A stretch of DNA of 64,000 nt from Hypanus sabinus (taxonomy: Eukaryota): NCBI RefSeq assembly GCF_030144855.1, contig NC_082710.1, positions 34,038,001 to 34,102,000 on the forward strand. The letters run 5' to 3'. Shown one piece after another: positions 13,150 through 24,394 of this stretch. The position numbers and the translations under genes were made by a program. The notes beneath the pieces are model-generated. The model was not told where the DNA came from. It saw nothing but the letters and a program-made list of their open reading frames with translations, and did no database searches. The stretch's first letter is position 1. Every line of letters starts with the position of its first letter.

Positions 13150-13672
13150 TACAGTAACTACTTTGTAGTAAAGTGGTCACTGAGTGTATGTTCATGGTCT
13201 TCTGCTGCTGTAGCCTATCCACTTCATGGTTTGACGTGTTGTGCATTCAGAGATGCTCTTCTCCACACCACTGTTGTAATGCAAGGTTATTTAATGTAAC
13301 TATGGCCTTCCTGTCAGCTTGAACCTGTCTGGCCATTCTCATTAATGAGGCATTTTCGCCCACAGAACTGCTACTGTCTGGATGTTTTATGTTTCTTGCT
13401 CCATTCTCTGTAAACTCTAGAGACGACTGTGCAAGAAAACCCCAGGAGATTAGCAGTTTCTGAGATATTCAAACCAACCTGTATGGCACCAACAATCATT
13501 CCACCATCAGTCATTTAGATCACATTTCTTTCCCATTTTGATGTTTGATCTGAACAACAACTGAACCTCTTGGCCAAGTCTGCAATGAATTATTGCCACG
13601 TGGTTAGCTGTTTAGATTTTGCATTAACAAGCAGGTGTACGTGTGTACCTAATAAAGTGGACACTTAGTGTA
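13150..13672 (-). mobile_element. Tc1-derived non-autonomous element
   Basis: TIR-like TACCTAATAAAGTGGACACTTAGTGTA at the right end and an internal TAAAGTGGTCACTGAGTGTA. The minus strand encodes a decayed Tc1 N-terminal HTH (RMARQVQADRKA...GYSSRRP). Confidence 0.85.
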
Positions 13673-14254
13673 TATCAGCTTTCTCAGGGTTTGGAAACAC
13701 CAGCTGACTGTGAGTAAGATGAGCAGCAACATTGTCAGAGGCTTGGGTAAACTGCGAGTGTTGCCAGGAGACCGAAAACAGAAAGGATAGAGATGAATTA
13801 AATAGAAAATAAAACAAAATCGTGTGACTATAGAGTACAACAAAAGTCCCTGTGAAACACAAATAACTGCTGCCAGGATGACAATGAAGCAGATCTATAA
13901 CATCACAACAAATTATTATCATTAATTTAATTTTTAAACCTGATATAAAAATGAAAGTAAAATCTGCTTCGCTAAAAAAATCCTGCATTCATTGATTTGA
14001 TAATTTGATCATTGATAAGGTTTAAATATGTTTTTCTATTCTTATCAAATACAACCCTACTTGTTCAATTTAGAACTTAAGTTCCAATTAATAAATAAGT
14101 ATCTCTGTTCCCTGATGTTCTACTCTTAGAGCATTTGGCTACACTCCAGTCCTAACAAGAGCTTCAAAAGAATAAGCTATTCTTTGTAGGAATTCATCCA
14201 TTAATAAATTACGATTACCCTGGAATGTGTATCAACTTAAATAAAGCTCAGTTA

Positions 14255-16695
14255 TACTCAGTGACAACTTTATTAGTTTCCTCCTGTACCTAATAAACTG
14301 GCCATTCAGTGAATGTTCATGGTATTCTGCTGCTGTAGCCCATCCTCTTCAAAGTCCACTGTATTGTGCATTCAGAGGTGCTCTTCTGCACACCACTATT
14401 GCAACACATGGTTATTTACTTTACTGTCGCCTTCCTGTCAGATTAAACCAGTTTGGCCAGTCTCCTCTGACCTCTCTCATTAACAAGGGATTTTCACTGA
14501 CAGAACTGCCTCTCCTGGATGTTTTTTGTGTTTTTTTTTTGCACCATTCTCTGTAAGCTTTTGAGACTGTACAAAGCAAAACCCAACATCATATGTGGCA
14601 GTGATGCTTCACTCCCAGACAAGCTCAACAACTGTCATGCTGACCTTGAAAGAGAGAATACAGCTATGAAGATACCTGCAGCACCCGGTGACCCCGTGAT
14701 CTCTATCCTGAAGACCAACATCAGGCTGTCTTTCAAGACAGTGAACCCTTGCAAGACAACAGGCCCCAATGGAGTACCTGATACAGTTCTGAAAACCTGT
14801 GCCAACCAAAAGGCAGGGATGTTCAAAGACGTTTTCAATCTCTCATTGCTACAGATGGAAGTTCTCACCTGCTTCAAATTATACCAGTGCCCAAGAAGAT
14901 CAGTGTGGGCTGCCTTAACGATTATCGTCCAGTAGCACTCACATCTACAGTGATGAAGTTCTTTGAGAGGTTGGTTATGGCTAGAACCAATTCAGCAAGG
15001 ATCTGGACCCACTGCAGTGTGCCTATCACCACAACAGGTCTATGGCAGATGTGATCTTACTGGCTTTCCACATGGCCTTGTTCACCTGAATAATACAGTT
15101 AACTATGTGAGGATGCTGTTTACTGACTATAGCTCAGTATTTAACACATTCATTCTTCCAATCCTGATCTAAAACCTTCAGAACCTGGGTCCCCGTATCT
15201 CTGCAACTGGATCCTCGACTTCTTAACTGGAGGACTACCATCTGTGCGGATTGGAAATAACATCTCCACCTCACTGATGATTAACACTAGCGCAGATCAG
15301 GGATGTGTGCTTAGCCCACTGCTCTACTCCCTCTATACCCTTCATTGTGTGGCTAGGCATAGTTCAGTACCACCTATAAATTTTCTGATGATACAACCGT
15401 TGTTGGCAGAATCTCAGATGGTAATGAGAGGACGCACAGGAGCAAGATATACCAGCCAGTTGAGCACTGTCGTAGCAACAACTTTGGACTCAACATCAGT
15501 AAGACCAAAGAACTGAGTGTGAACTTCAGAAAGGGTAAGTTGAGAGAGCACACACCAGTCCTCATAGAGGGATCAAAAGTGAAGAGAGTGAGCAATTTCA
15601 AGTTCCTGGGTGTCAATATCTCTGAGGACCTAACCTGGACCCAACATATCGAAGCAGCTATAAAGAAGGCAAGACAGTGCCTATGTTTCATTTGAGTTTG
15701 AGGAGATTTGGTTTGTCACCAACGACATTCGCAAATTTCTACATATGTAGTGTGGAGAGCATTGTAACTGCTCATCGTCTAATATGGATGGGGGAGGGGA
15801 GTTACTGCACAGGATTGAAGTAAGTTGCAGAAAACTTGTAAAATTAGTCAGCTCCATCATGGGTACTAGCCTTCATAATAGCCAAGACATCTTCAAGGAG
15901 CAGTGTCTCAGAAAGATGGCATCCATTATTAAGGATCCGCACCACCCAGGACATGTCCTCTTCTCATTGTTACTGTCAGGGAGGAGATACAGAAGCCTGA
16001 AGGCAGACACACTCAGTGATTCAGGAACAGCTTCTTCCCCTCTGCCATACAATTCCTAAACGGATATTGAGCCCATGAACACTACTTCACTACTTTATTA
16101 TTTCTTATTTTTTGCATTATTTATTTAACTTAACCAAGTTAATTTTATATATATATATAGGCCTCCGTTAGTCTCGATAGACCATGGATGTGCACCTTGT
16201 AAAGTTTCCAGAGCGCAACCCTGGGCAAGGTTTTTTTTTATGTAAGACCAGCAGTTGGCCAAGCTGCAAGTCTCCCCTCTCCATGCCACCAATGTACATA
16301 CACATCATTACTTACAGTAATTCACAATTTTTTTCCTCTTTATTATGTATTGCACTGCACTGCTGCTGCAAAGTTAACAAATTTCATGACATTTCCTGGT
16401 GATATTAAACCTAATTGTGATTCTGATTCTATTGTGTATGGAAGTCCCAAGGGATCAGCAATCTCTGAGATACTCAAGCCACCCCATCAAGCACCAACAA
16501 TCATTGCATGTTCAAAGCCACTTAGATCGCATTTCTTCCCCATTCTGATGTTCGGTCTGAACTGTAACTGAACCTCTTGGCCATGTCTGCATGCTTGTAC
16601 TGAATATATTGAGTTGCTGCCACATGATTAGCTGATTAGATATTTGCATTAACTAACATATGTACAGTTGTACCTAATAAGGTGGCCACTGAATG
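14255..16695 (-). mobile_element. Tc1-derived non-autonomous element, split by a Rex/Babar LINE
   Basis: TA-flanked TIRs TACTCAGTGACAACTTTATTAG (14255) and CTAATAAGGTGGCCACTGAATG (to 16695). The minus strand reads LVNERGQRRLAKLV*SDRKATV...MGYSSR. The body is colinear with 13150-13672 once 14571-16430 is removed. Confidence 0.85.
14571..16430 (+). mobile_element. Rex1/Babar-clade LINE, 5'-truncated
   Basis: [93 protein letters not shown]; tail (GATTCT)n. A short unrelated repeat is inserted in a (TA)n tract at about 16160-16290. Confidence 0.9.
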
Positions 16696-17019
16696 TATAT
16701 CCTGGCATGATTTTTTTAAAATTTTCAAACATAGATTATTTTCACCTTGGCTACGAACAGCATGCCTTTAATTCTGACGTAGGGCATCAATATTCAGAAA
16801 CGATGTCTGTTATAGAATTTTCATGCTGAGGAAGGAGATGTTGTTGCACCTCCGGGTGATGTAAAATTTTAGTTTTGTGCAGTTTTTAGTAAGTTTTCCA
16901 AACTGCAAGTTATCTTGCCTCTCTACCAGGCTGGGAATGCTGCACAAGAAAACACATGAATAGGTGGCCTCACATTGGTTGCTGTAGAAGTTGCAGGAAT
17001 GAACTTAAAATGTGGATGT

Positions 17020-17745
17020 AGGACCGTACATAACCAGTAGACTGTCCTGGTCTTCCTCAGGAGGCTAAAGAAATTTAGCTTTTCACTGTCAACCCTTAGA
17101 AATTTTATTGGTGCACCACAGAAAGCATACTATCTGGTGCAAAATCTGGTACTATCTGGTACATGGAGCTTGGAAAAATAGAGAGCTATGGGTAACCCTA
17201 GGTAATTTCTGAAATAAATACATGTTTGGCACAGCATTATGGGCCAAAGGGCCTGTATTGTGCTGTGGTTTTTCTATGTTTCTAGAACAGTTTGCTATGG
17301 CATTTGCAAATGGTCACAAGAAACTGCAGAAAATAGTGGACTCAGCCCTGCACATCACGGAAAACAGCCTTCGCTTTATGGGCTCTTGTCTATACTTCTT
17401 CCTGCATCAGTAAAACAGCAGCAGAGTCAGAGGTCCCACCCAACTTGGCACATTCTCTCTTCTCCCCACTTCCATTGGACAGAAGATACAAAAATATGAA
17501 ACTACATACTACCAAGCTCAGGCTTTTACTCTGCTGTTATGTTTAGTTATTAGACATATTGACCTCATAATCTACCTTGAAATGATCTTGCACCTTACTG
17601 TTTACATGTACTGCACCGTTTTTTCTGTAGCTGTTACACTTGATTCTGCATTCTACCTCAATGCACTGTATAATGATCTGATCTGCACAAACAGTATGTT
17701 AGACAAGCTCAGTACATGTGACAATAATAAACCAGTTCCAATTCC
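17020..17745 (+). mobile_element. Decayed Rex/Babar 3' fragment containing a short CR1 3' tail (about 17150-17285)
   Basis: FLRRLKKF-like coding remnant and Rex-type 3' UTR. The inserted tail GGGCCAAAGGGCCTGTATTGTGCTGTGGTTTTTCTATGTTTCTA matches 5620-5667. Confidence 0.7.
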
Positions 17746-18920
17746 GGAAAGAAACTGGTTTAGGAAAGGGATAGCAATTGAGATTACAGATATCAGATCA
17801 AAGAGTGAGAAATGGCTTGGTGAGAGGTTGGAGGGTGTCATGGAAATTGCAGGCAGCGCAAGAGGAATATAGGGGAGTAGATAGTAAGTAATGTGAGTGA
17901 ATGATCGCAAGGAAGTTGACAGTGATAGGGGAGATTTGGTGATTGTATAGTTATGGGTGAGTTTGAGGTCTATGATTGCTTTGATAGATACTGTTCATGA
18001 GTGGGTGAAATAGGTGAGAGCGTGAAATAAGAGGGGGTGTTTCACAGGTAGTTTGATGGACCTGTTCCTCCTGGCCCACAACCTGGATTGTAAAGAACTG
18101 TTTCTTAACAGGTTTTCCTCAGGCTTTCCTAGGGGTTTGAAAATCCAACTAGATGTAGTTAAAGGAGGAACTTGTTGAAATGGACTGGGCATCCCTCTTA
18201 AAAGAATTTAACATTGATCTAGCTCCTAAGAATGAATTGACTTTCCCTTCTCCAGCCACTTAGACTTCAGGAAGTCACATTCTAGATGGGCTGGTTTCCT
18301 CTTTCAGGATATTAGTATTTTTATCTTCTTACCTAAAAGAAATTGGCCCAGCTTTGATCACTACAATCACTAACAAAAAGCAATCTTCAAAATATATTTC
18401 CAGAGGAATTTGTGTGGAATTAAAAACATGGGTGAGATAGCTAAGGAATTTTTTTCTTCGACAAAATAATACTTTATTGTAAGACCTAATTGGTGTGTTT
18501 CTTTTAAACAAACTGTTCCTCTGACCCCGTTCTTCAGAATTAGATATATTATAATAAGCAGTTCTGAGGTTTATCTGTACTTTTACACAATTCCTGTCTG
18601 CTTTAGAATTATTTATATTTTCCCAAATTATTATCTGAACCTTGGGACCACCAAGTATATAAAAAAGAATTGTACTGAGGACATATCCTCTCCTTGCCTG
18701 TCTACAATTCTGCCTGCCTCATTAAAATAACCAACATTATCAAAGAGTTCCCCTCCCCTATCCTGCAAATTCTGTCCTCTCCCTCCTCCCATCAGGCAGA
18801 AGATACAAAAGCCTGAAAGCACAAGCCGTCAGGTTCAGGACAGCTTCTCTCTCACAGTTCTAAGACTATTGAATGGAGAAAATTGAAAGACTATGGAAAA
18901 TGAACAGGGTATATACATTC

Positions 18921-19043
18921 ACGAAATCTGCAGATGCTGGAAATTCAAGCAACACACACAAAATGCTGGTGGAACACAGCAGGCCAGGCAGCATCTATAG
19001 GGAGAAGCACTGTCGACGTTTCGGGCCGAGACCCTTCGTCAGG
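18921..19043 (-). mobile_element. Short Penelope-derived insertion carrying a hammerhead motif
   Basis: Interrupts the R4 reading frame and is flanked by an ACATT duplication (18916-18920, 19044-19048). Sequence matches the arms of 23429-23635. Confidence 0.8.
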
Positions 19044-19046
19044 ACA
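19011..19046 (-). ncRNA. Minimal type-I hammerhead ribozyme motif (Penelope type)
   Basis: The minus strand reads TGTC-CTGACGA-A-GGGT-CTCG-GCCC-GAAA-CGTC-GACA. This gives the CUGANGA and GAAA boxes, a 4-bp helix II, a loopless palindromic helix III (ACGT), a GUC cleavage triplet and helix I TGTC/GACA. Confidence 0.75.
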
Positions 19047-19714
19047 TTGTCCTGATAGCAATATCTACAACTGGTGTCATCTCAAAGTCGTTACTCAATA
19101 GCATTAAACAATTAGGGCTGTACATCTTCAGAAAGCTACAATACTAAACATCACAAGAATAGTCTGAAAGTTTCTTAGCAACTGAGAAATAAGCATGCTT
19201 GGCTATGCCAATACTTCAGGTTTTACCAGCCTGAGCTGAGAAAGCATTTAAAAAATAATAATGAAGAGACCTCATCCCGGAAGAAGAAGAGGTCCTTGTG
19301 GCAATACAGGACCAGGTGGTTAGCACAAAAACAGTCAAAAATACATAATAAAAGACCAACTTTGTCAAAGCAATAAATGCAGAAAATGCCAAGAGAAACC
19401 AGACACAACCCAGCCCATTACAGGATCCTACAGCAGTTTAGTTCAATTTGATTGCTTACTCGGGCACAATGAAATGGCAAACATCATTCACCAAAATCTT
19501 ACTTTAAAATGCAAGTTCATAAGAAACCATACCTCACTATCAACACAAGCCCAATCTAGTCTTAGAGTCAGATTCCCACAAATTATATTATGATCCATCC
19601 GTTATTACAGATAGAACAATCCATAACAGCCAGCCAGATGTAATAATACAGGATAAACAAACAGGAGCTTTTTACTTAATAGATATTGTCATTCCAAACA
19701 CACTTAACATACAT

Positions 19715-21135
19715 AAGGCTATAAGATACAGGAACAGAATTAGGCCTTTTCAGTGTCATTTCATCATGGCTGACCCATTTTGCTCTCAGCCCCAATCTCC
19801 TGCCTTCTTCCCCTACCTCTTCATATCTTGACTAAACAAGAATTTATCAATCTCTGCCTTAAGACTTGGCCTCCACAGCCATCTGTGGCAATGCATTCCA
19901 CAGATTCCCCACTCTCTGGCTAAAGAAGAATCACCATTCTAAAAGGACACCCCTCTATTCTAAACTCCCTCACCACAGGAAACATCGTCTCCACTCCACT
20001 CTTTTGAGGCCCTTCAACATTCAATAGGTTCAATGAGGGAACCTTTCATTCTCTTGAATTCCAGTGAGTAGAGGCCCAGAGCCATCAACCGTTCTGCATA
20101 TGACAAGAGTTTCAATCCTGGAATGATTTTCATGAACCTCTTTTGAACCCTCTCCAAAATCCTTTCTTAGATACGGGGTCTAAAACTGCTAACAATACTC
20201 CAAGTGAGGCATCACCAGTGCTTTATAAAGCTTCAACATTACATCCTTGCATTCATATTATAATCCTCTTGAAATGAATGCTAACATTGTATTTGCCTTC
20301 CTCAGCATTTGCAAATTAACCTTTAAGAGCATCATGCACTAGGATTCCCAAGTCCCTTTACACCTCAAATTCTGAATTTTCCCTCCATTTAGAAAATGGT
20401 CTACACTTTTATTTCTTCTACCAAAGCGCATGGCCATACATTACCCAACATTATATCCCATCTGCTACTTCTTTGCCTGTTCTCCTAATCTAAGCCCTTC
20501 TGTTGCCTCTTGATTACCTTTGAACTGCCTACCCTCAATTTAACTTTGTATTGTCTGCAATTATTTCCACAAAGCCATCAATTCCATCCTCCAAATCATT
20601 GACATATAACGTAAAAAAAGCAGTCCCAACACAAACTCCTGTGGAACACCACTTGTCATCGGTAGCCAACCAGAAAAGGCTCTCTTTATTCCCACTCTTA
20701 GACCCTTGCCAATTAGCCAATGCTCTATCCATGTGAGTATCTTTCCTGTAGAACTGTGGGCTCATAACTTGTTAAGCTTATTCATGTGTGGCACTTTGTC
20801 AAAGGCCCCCTGAAAATCCAAGTACACAACATTGACCAATTTGCTTTTGTCTATTCTGCTCCTTATTTCTTCAAAGAATTCCGAAAGATTGGTCAGGCTA
20901 GATTTTTCCTTCAGGAAACCATGCTGACTATGGCCTATTTTATTTTATGCCTCCAAGCACCTCGAAACCACATTCTTACAATTGACTCCAACACTTTTCC
21001 AACCATTGATTTCAGACTAATCGGCCTGTAATTTCCTTTCTTCTACCTCTCTACCTTCTTGAAGAGTGGAGTGACATTTGCAATTTTCCATACCAGAAGC
21101 AATTGATTCTCGAAAGATCATTACAAATGTCTCCA
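19715..21135 (-). mobile_element. CR1 LINE 3' portion inserted into R4 copy 2
   Basis: Minus-strand RT remnants (YVNDLEDGIDGFVEIIADNTKL; WKIANVTPLFK) and a CR1 3' UTR (ATAAGATACAGGAACAGAATTAGGCC on +). Confidence 0.85.
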
Positions 21136-21239
21136 TACAGAATCCAATATGTGAAAAACAACAGAAATATGCTGAATTAAAAGAGGAAATTGGAACATGA
21201 ACAGGGTATACATTCTCCCAATAGTAATACCTACAATTC

Positions 21240-23288
21240 ATGAGGCATACAGGAGTGAGATATGCCAGCTAGTTGATAGGTGTTGCCGCAACAACCTCGC
21301 ACTCAATGTCCGTAAGATGAAGAGCTGATTGTTGTCTTCAGGAAGGGAAAGATGAGGGAACAGGACCCAACCCTCATAGAGGGATCAAAAGTGGAGACAA
21401 TGAGTAATTTCAATTTCCTGGATGTCAAGGTCTCTGAGGTTTTAACCTGGTCCCAACATATTGAGGCAGCTATAAAAAAAAATGCAGAACAGTGACTATA
21501 TTTCATTAGGAGTTTGAAAAGATTTACTTTGTCACCTAAAACACTTGAAAACTTCTATGGATGTACCGTAGTGAGCATTCTGACAGGATGCATCACTGTC
21601 TGGTATCGGGGTGCATTATTGCATGGGACTGAAAAAAGCTTCAGTAAGTTGTAAAATTAGTCAGTTCCATCTTGGGTACTAGCCTCCTTAGTAGCCAAGA
21701 CATCCTCAAGGAAAAGTGGTGGATGGACACCAGTGACATCCCTGGCACTTTGCACACTCTGGATCTTTTCAATGATTTCAGGTTCACTGTCCCCTTTCAT
21801 CTTATTTTCACTATGGATGTCCAGTCCCCATACACCTCCATCCCCCACCAGGAAAGCCTCAAAGCTCTCCGTTTCTTTCTGGACACCAGACCCATCAAGT
21901 TCCCCTCCACCACCGCTCTCCTCTCTAGCAGAACTTATCCTCACTCTTAATAATTTCTCCATTAGCTCCTCCCACTTTGTTCAGACAAAAGACACTTATA
22001 TGAGTCCCAGCTATGCTTGCTTTTTGGTCAGGTACTTGGGACAGTCCATGTTCCAAACCTGTCTGTCCCCCACTTTTCCTACGCTACATCGACGACTGTG
22101 TTGGTGTTGCTTCCTGAACCCATGCTGAACTCGTCGACTTCATCAACTTTGCCTCCAACTTCTACTCTGCCCACAAATTTACCTGGTCTATTTCCGACAT
22201 CTTCCTCCAGTTTCTTGATCTCACTGTCTCTATTCTGGAGGAAGCTTATCTACTGATGTCTATTATAAACCCACAGACTTTCACAGCTACCTGAACTATA
22301 CCTCTTCCCACTCTGTTACTTGTAAACACACCATCCCTTTCTCTCAATTCCTCCGTCTCTGTCGCATCTACTCTCCAGATGAGGCTTTTCATTCTAGAAC
22401 AAAGGAGATGTCTTCCTTTTCAAAGAAAGGGGCTTCCCTTCCTCCATCTTCAATGTTGCCCTCAACTACATCTCTTTCATTTCACACATGTCTGCTCTCA
22501 CCCCATCTTCCTGTCATCCCACCAGGGATAAGGTTCCTCTTGTCCTCACCTACCATCCCACCAGCCTCTGCATCCAGCACATAATTCTCCAGAACTTCAA
22601 CCATCTCCAATGGGATCCCACCACCAAGCATATCTTTCCCACCCCCCTACTTTGTTTTCTGCAGGGATCGCTCCTTACGCAACTCCCACTGATCTCCCTC
22701 CCGGCACTTATCCTTGCAAGTGGAACAAGTGATACACCTGCCCCTATACCTCCTCACTCACTACCAGGGTCCTCACTCAGGGTCCTCAACAGTCCTTCCA
22801 GCTGAAGCAACACTTCACCTGTGAGTCTGTTGAGTTTATGTGTGGTGGCCTTCTGTATATCGGTGAGACCGATGTAGAATGGGAGACCATTTTGCCGAAC
22901 TTCTACGCTCAGTCTGCCAGAAAAAGTGTGATCTTCCAGTGGCCACGCATTTTGGTTCCGCTTCCCATTCCCAGTATGATGTGTCAGTCCATGGCCTCCT
23001 CTGGTGATCCTCCCCACTTTTCTATCAGACTTCTCCAGCCCTATGTCTCTTTCACCAATCAACTTCCTAGCTATTTACTTTATCCCTCCCCCTCCTGGTT
23101 TCACCTAACACCTCGTGTTTCTTCTCTCCCTCCCACCCCCACGTTTGAAATCTACTCTTCATCTTTTTTTCTCCAGTGCTGTCCAAAATATTGTCTGTAC
23201 TTCTTTTCTGCCTGGCTTGTTAGTTCCTCCAGCATTTTGTGTGTGTTGCTGGTGATAATAAACTTGATTTTGATTCTGATTCTGATTC
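21240..23288 (+). mobile_element. Rex/Babar fragment (21240-21725 plus tail 23250-23288) split by a Penelope element
   Basis: Colinear with 15425-15900 (AYRSEICQLV..CRNNLALNVRK, FNFLDV..SEVLTW). The (GATTCT)n tail resumes after the Penelope insertion. Confidence 0.8.
21735..23250 (+). mobile_element. Penelope-like retroelement (RT + GIY-YIG), degenerate
   Basis: RT motif A IFTMDVQSPYTSIPH, MSPSYA, LRYIDD (22079-22096), FLDL, YYKPTDFHSYL; GIY-YIG LLYIGET; pyrimidine-rich 3' UTR. Confidence 0.9.
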
Positions 23289-23428
23289 TGGTATTATCCC
23301 AAAGTCCATACACAATATCATTAAGCAATTAGGCTTACACAGCAATATTAATGTAAACCTCAAGATAGATACAAAACTAAACACCACTGGAATACTCCGA
23401 AAGTTCCTAGCAATTGAGAAATGACTGT

Positions 23429-23635
23429 AACACATACAAAATGCTGGTGGAACGCAGCAGGCCAGGCAGCATCTATAGGAAGAAGCACTGTCGACGTTTG
23501 AGGCCGAGACTGAGAAGGGTCTCGGCCTGAAACATCAACAGTGCTTCTTCCTACAGATGCTGCCTGGCCTGCTGTGTTCCACCAGCATTTTGTGTGTGTT
23601 GCTTGAATTTCCAGCATTTGCAGATTTCCTTGTGT
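23429..23635. mobile_element. Penelope-derived fold-back element with 82-bp inverted arms and a 15-bp TSD
   Basis: Arms 23429-23510 and 23519-23600 are near-perfect reverse complements around an 8-nt loop. TSD TTGAGAAAT(G/A)ACTGT at 23414-23428 and 23636-23650. Confidence 0.9.
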
Positions 23636-24394
23636 TTGAGAAATAACTGTGCTTGGCCATACCTGTACTTCAGGTTTTACCAGCTTAAGTTGAGGAAAAA
23701 TATTTTAAGATAATAATGATAATAAATAAGCAGTTTGTATTGAGCACATGTGATGAATAGTCCTTGAAAGTTGAGTCCATAGGTTGTGGGAACATTTCAA
23801 TGAGGGGGCATAAGAAGATGAGTGAAGTTACCCTTTTGGTTTAAGAGTCTGATGGTTGCACAACAAAATGGACTCATTATCTGCCTGTGCTGCATTTTCT
23901 TTGTAACTATAACACTATATTCTGCATTCTGTTATTACCTTGATGTATGGATGTGATAAAATTATATCTTTGGATGGCACACAAAACAAAGTTTTTCACT
24001 ATACCTCAGTACATGTGACATGAATAAACCAATTTATCAATATACATCAGACAGCGTGTGAGGTTAGATTTTTTATTTGATCTTGCTTCAGGTGTTACGT
24101 TAGAGCAGTGAACAATGGTCTTTACTTGCAGCTGCAAATGAGGCAGGATGAAATGCCAATAGTATTGCTCCTATTTACATCTCTCTTGATGATCATTAAC
24201 AATTGCGAGGATCAGCGTTGTGCTCTCCTTTATAAGCACTGCTGAAGATTACTCGTCCACAAAGTATGAGATAGACAGTTCATTACAGCAATAGAACCAC
24301 AAGGGGGAGGAGGGAGTGGGGTAGAGGGAGAGGGGGGAAGGAGAGGGAGAGGGAGAATGTGTGTGTGCATGTGTGTCAGAGACAGAAAGTTATG

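Larger units (their letters stand above)
18872..19262 (+). mobile_element. R4/Dong-clade (restriction-like endonuclease) LINE 3' end, copy 1
   Basis: Reads EKIERLWKMNRVY [insertion] VLIAISTTGVISKSLLNSIKQLGL...LQKATILNITRIV*KFLA. The 3' UTR TCAGGTTTTACCAGC is followed by an AATAATAAT tail. Confidence 0.8.
19263..23725 (+). mobile_element. R4/Dong-clade LINE, copy 2, fragmented by nested insertions
   Basis: 19263-19710: LVAIQDQVVSTK, KCRKCQEKP (zinc knuckle), HNEMANIIHQNL, ITDRTIHNSQPDVIIQDK...LIDIVIP (PD..D endonuclease). 21135-21238: EKQQKYAELKEEI. 23286-23725: GIIPKSIHNIIKQLGL...ILRKFLAIEK, 3' UTR and TAA-rich tail. Confidence 0.85.

Noticed and set aside
17995-18511. Minus-strand ORFs with a TTTTAG|GTAAGA donor-like site
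   Set aside because: No recognisable protein and no consistent multi-exon frame could be built.
19039-19055. Palindrome TCAGGACA-T-TGTCCTGA as the start of a second fold-back arm
   Set aside because: The right half is the resumed R4 coding sequence after the ACATT TSD, so the symmetry is probably coincidental.
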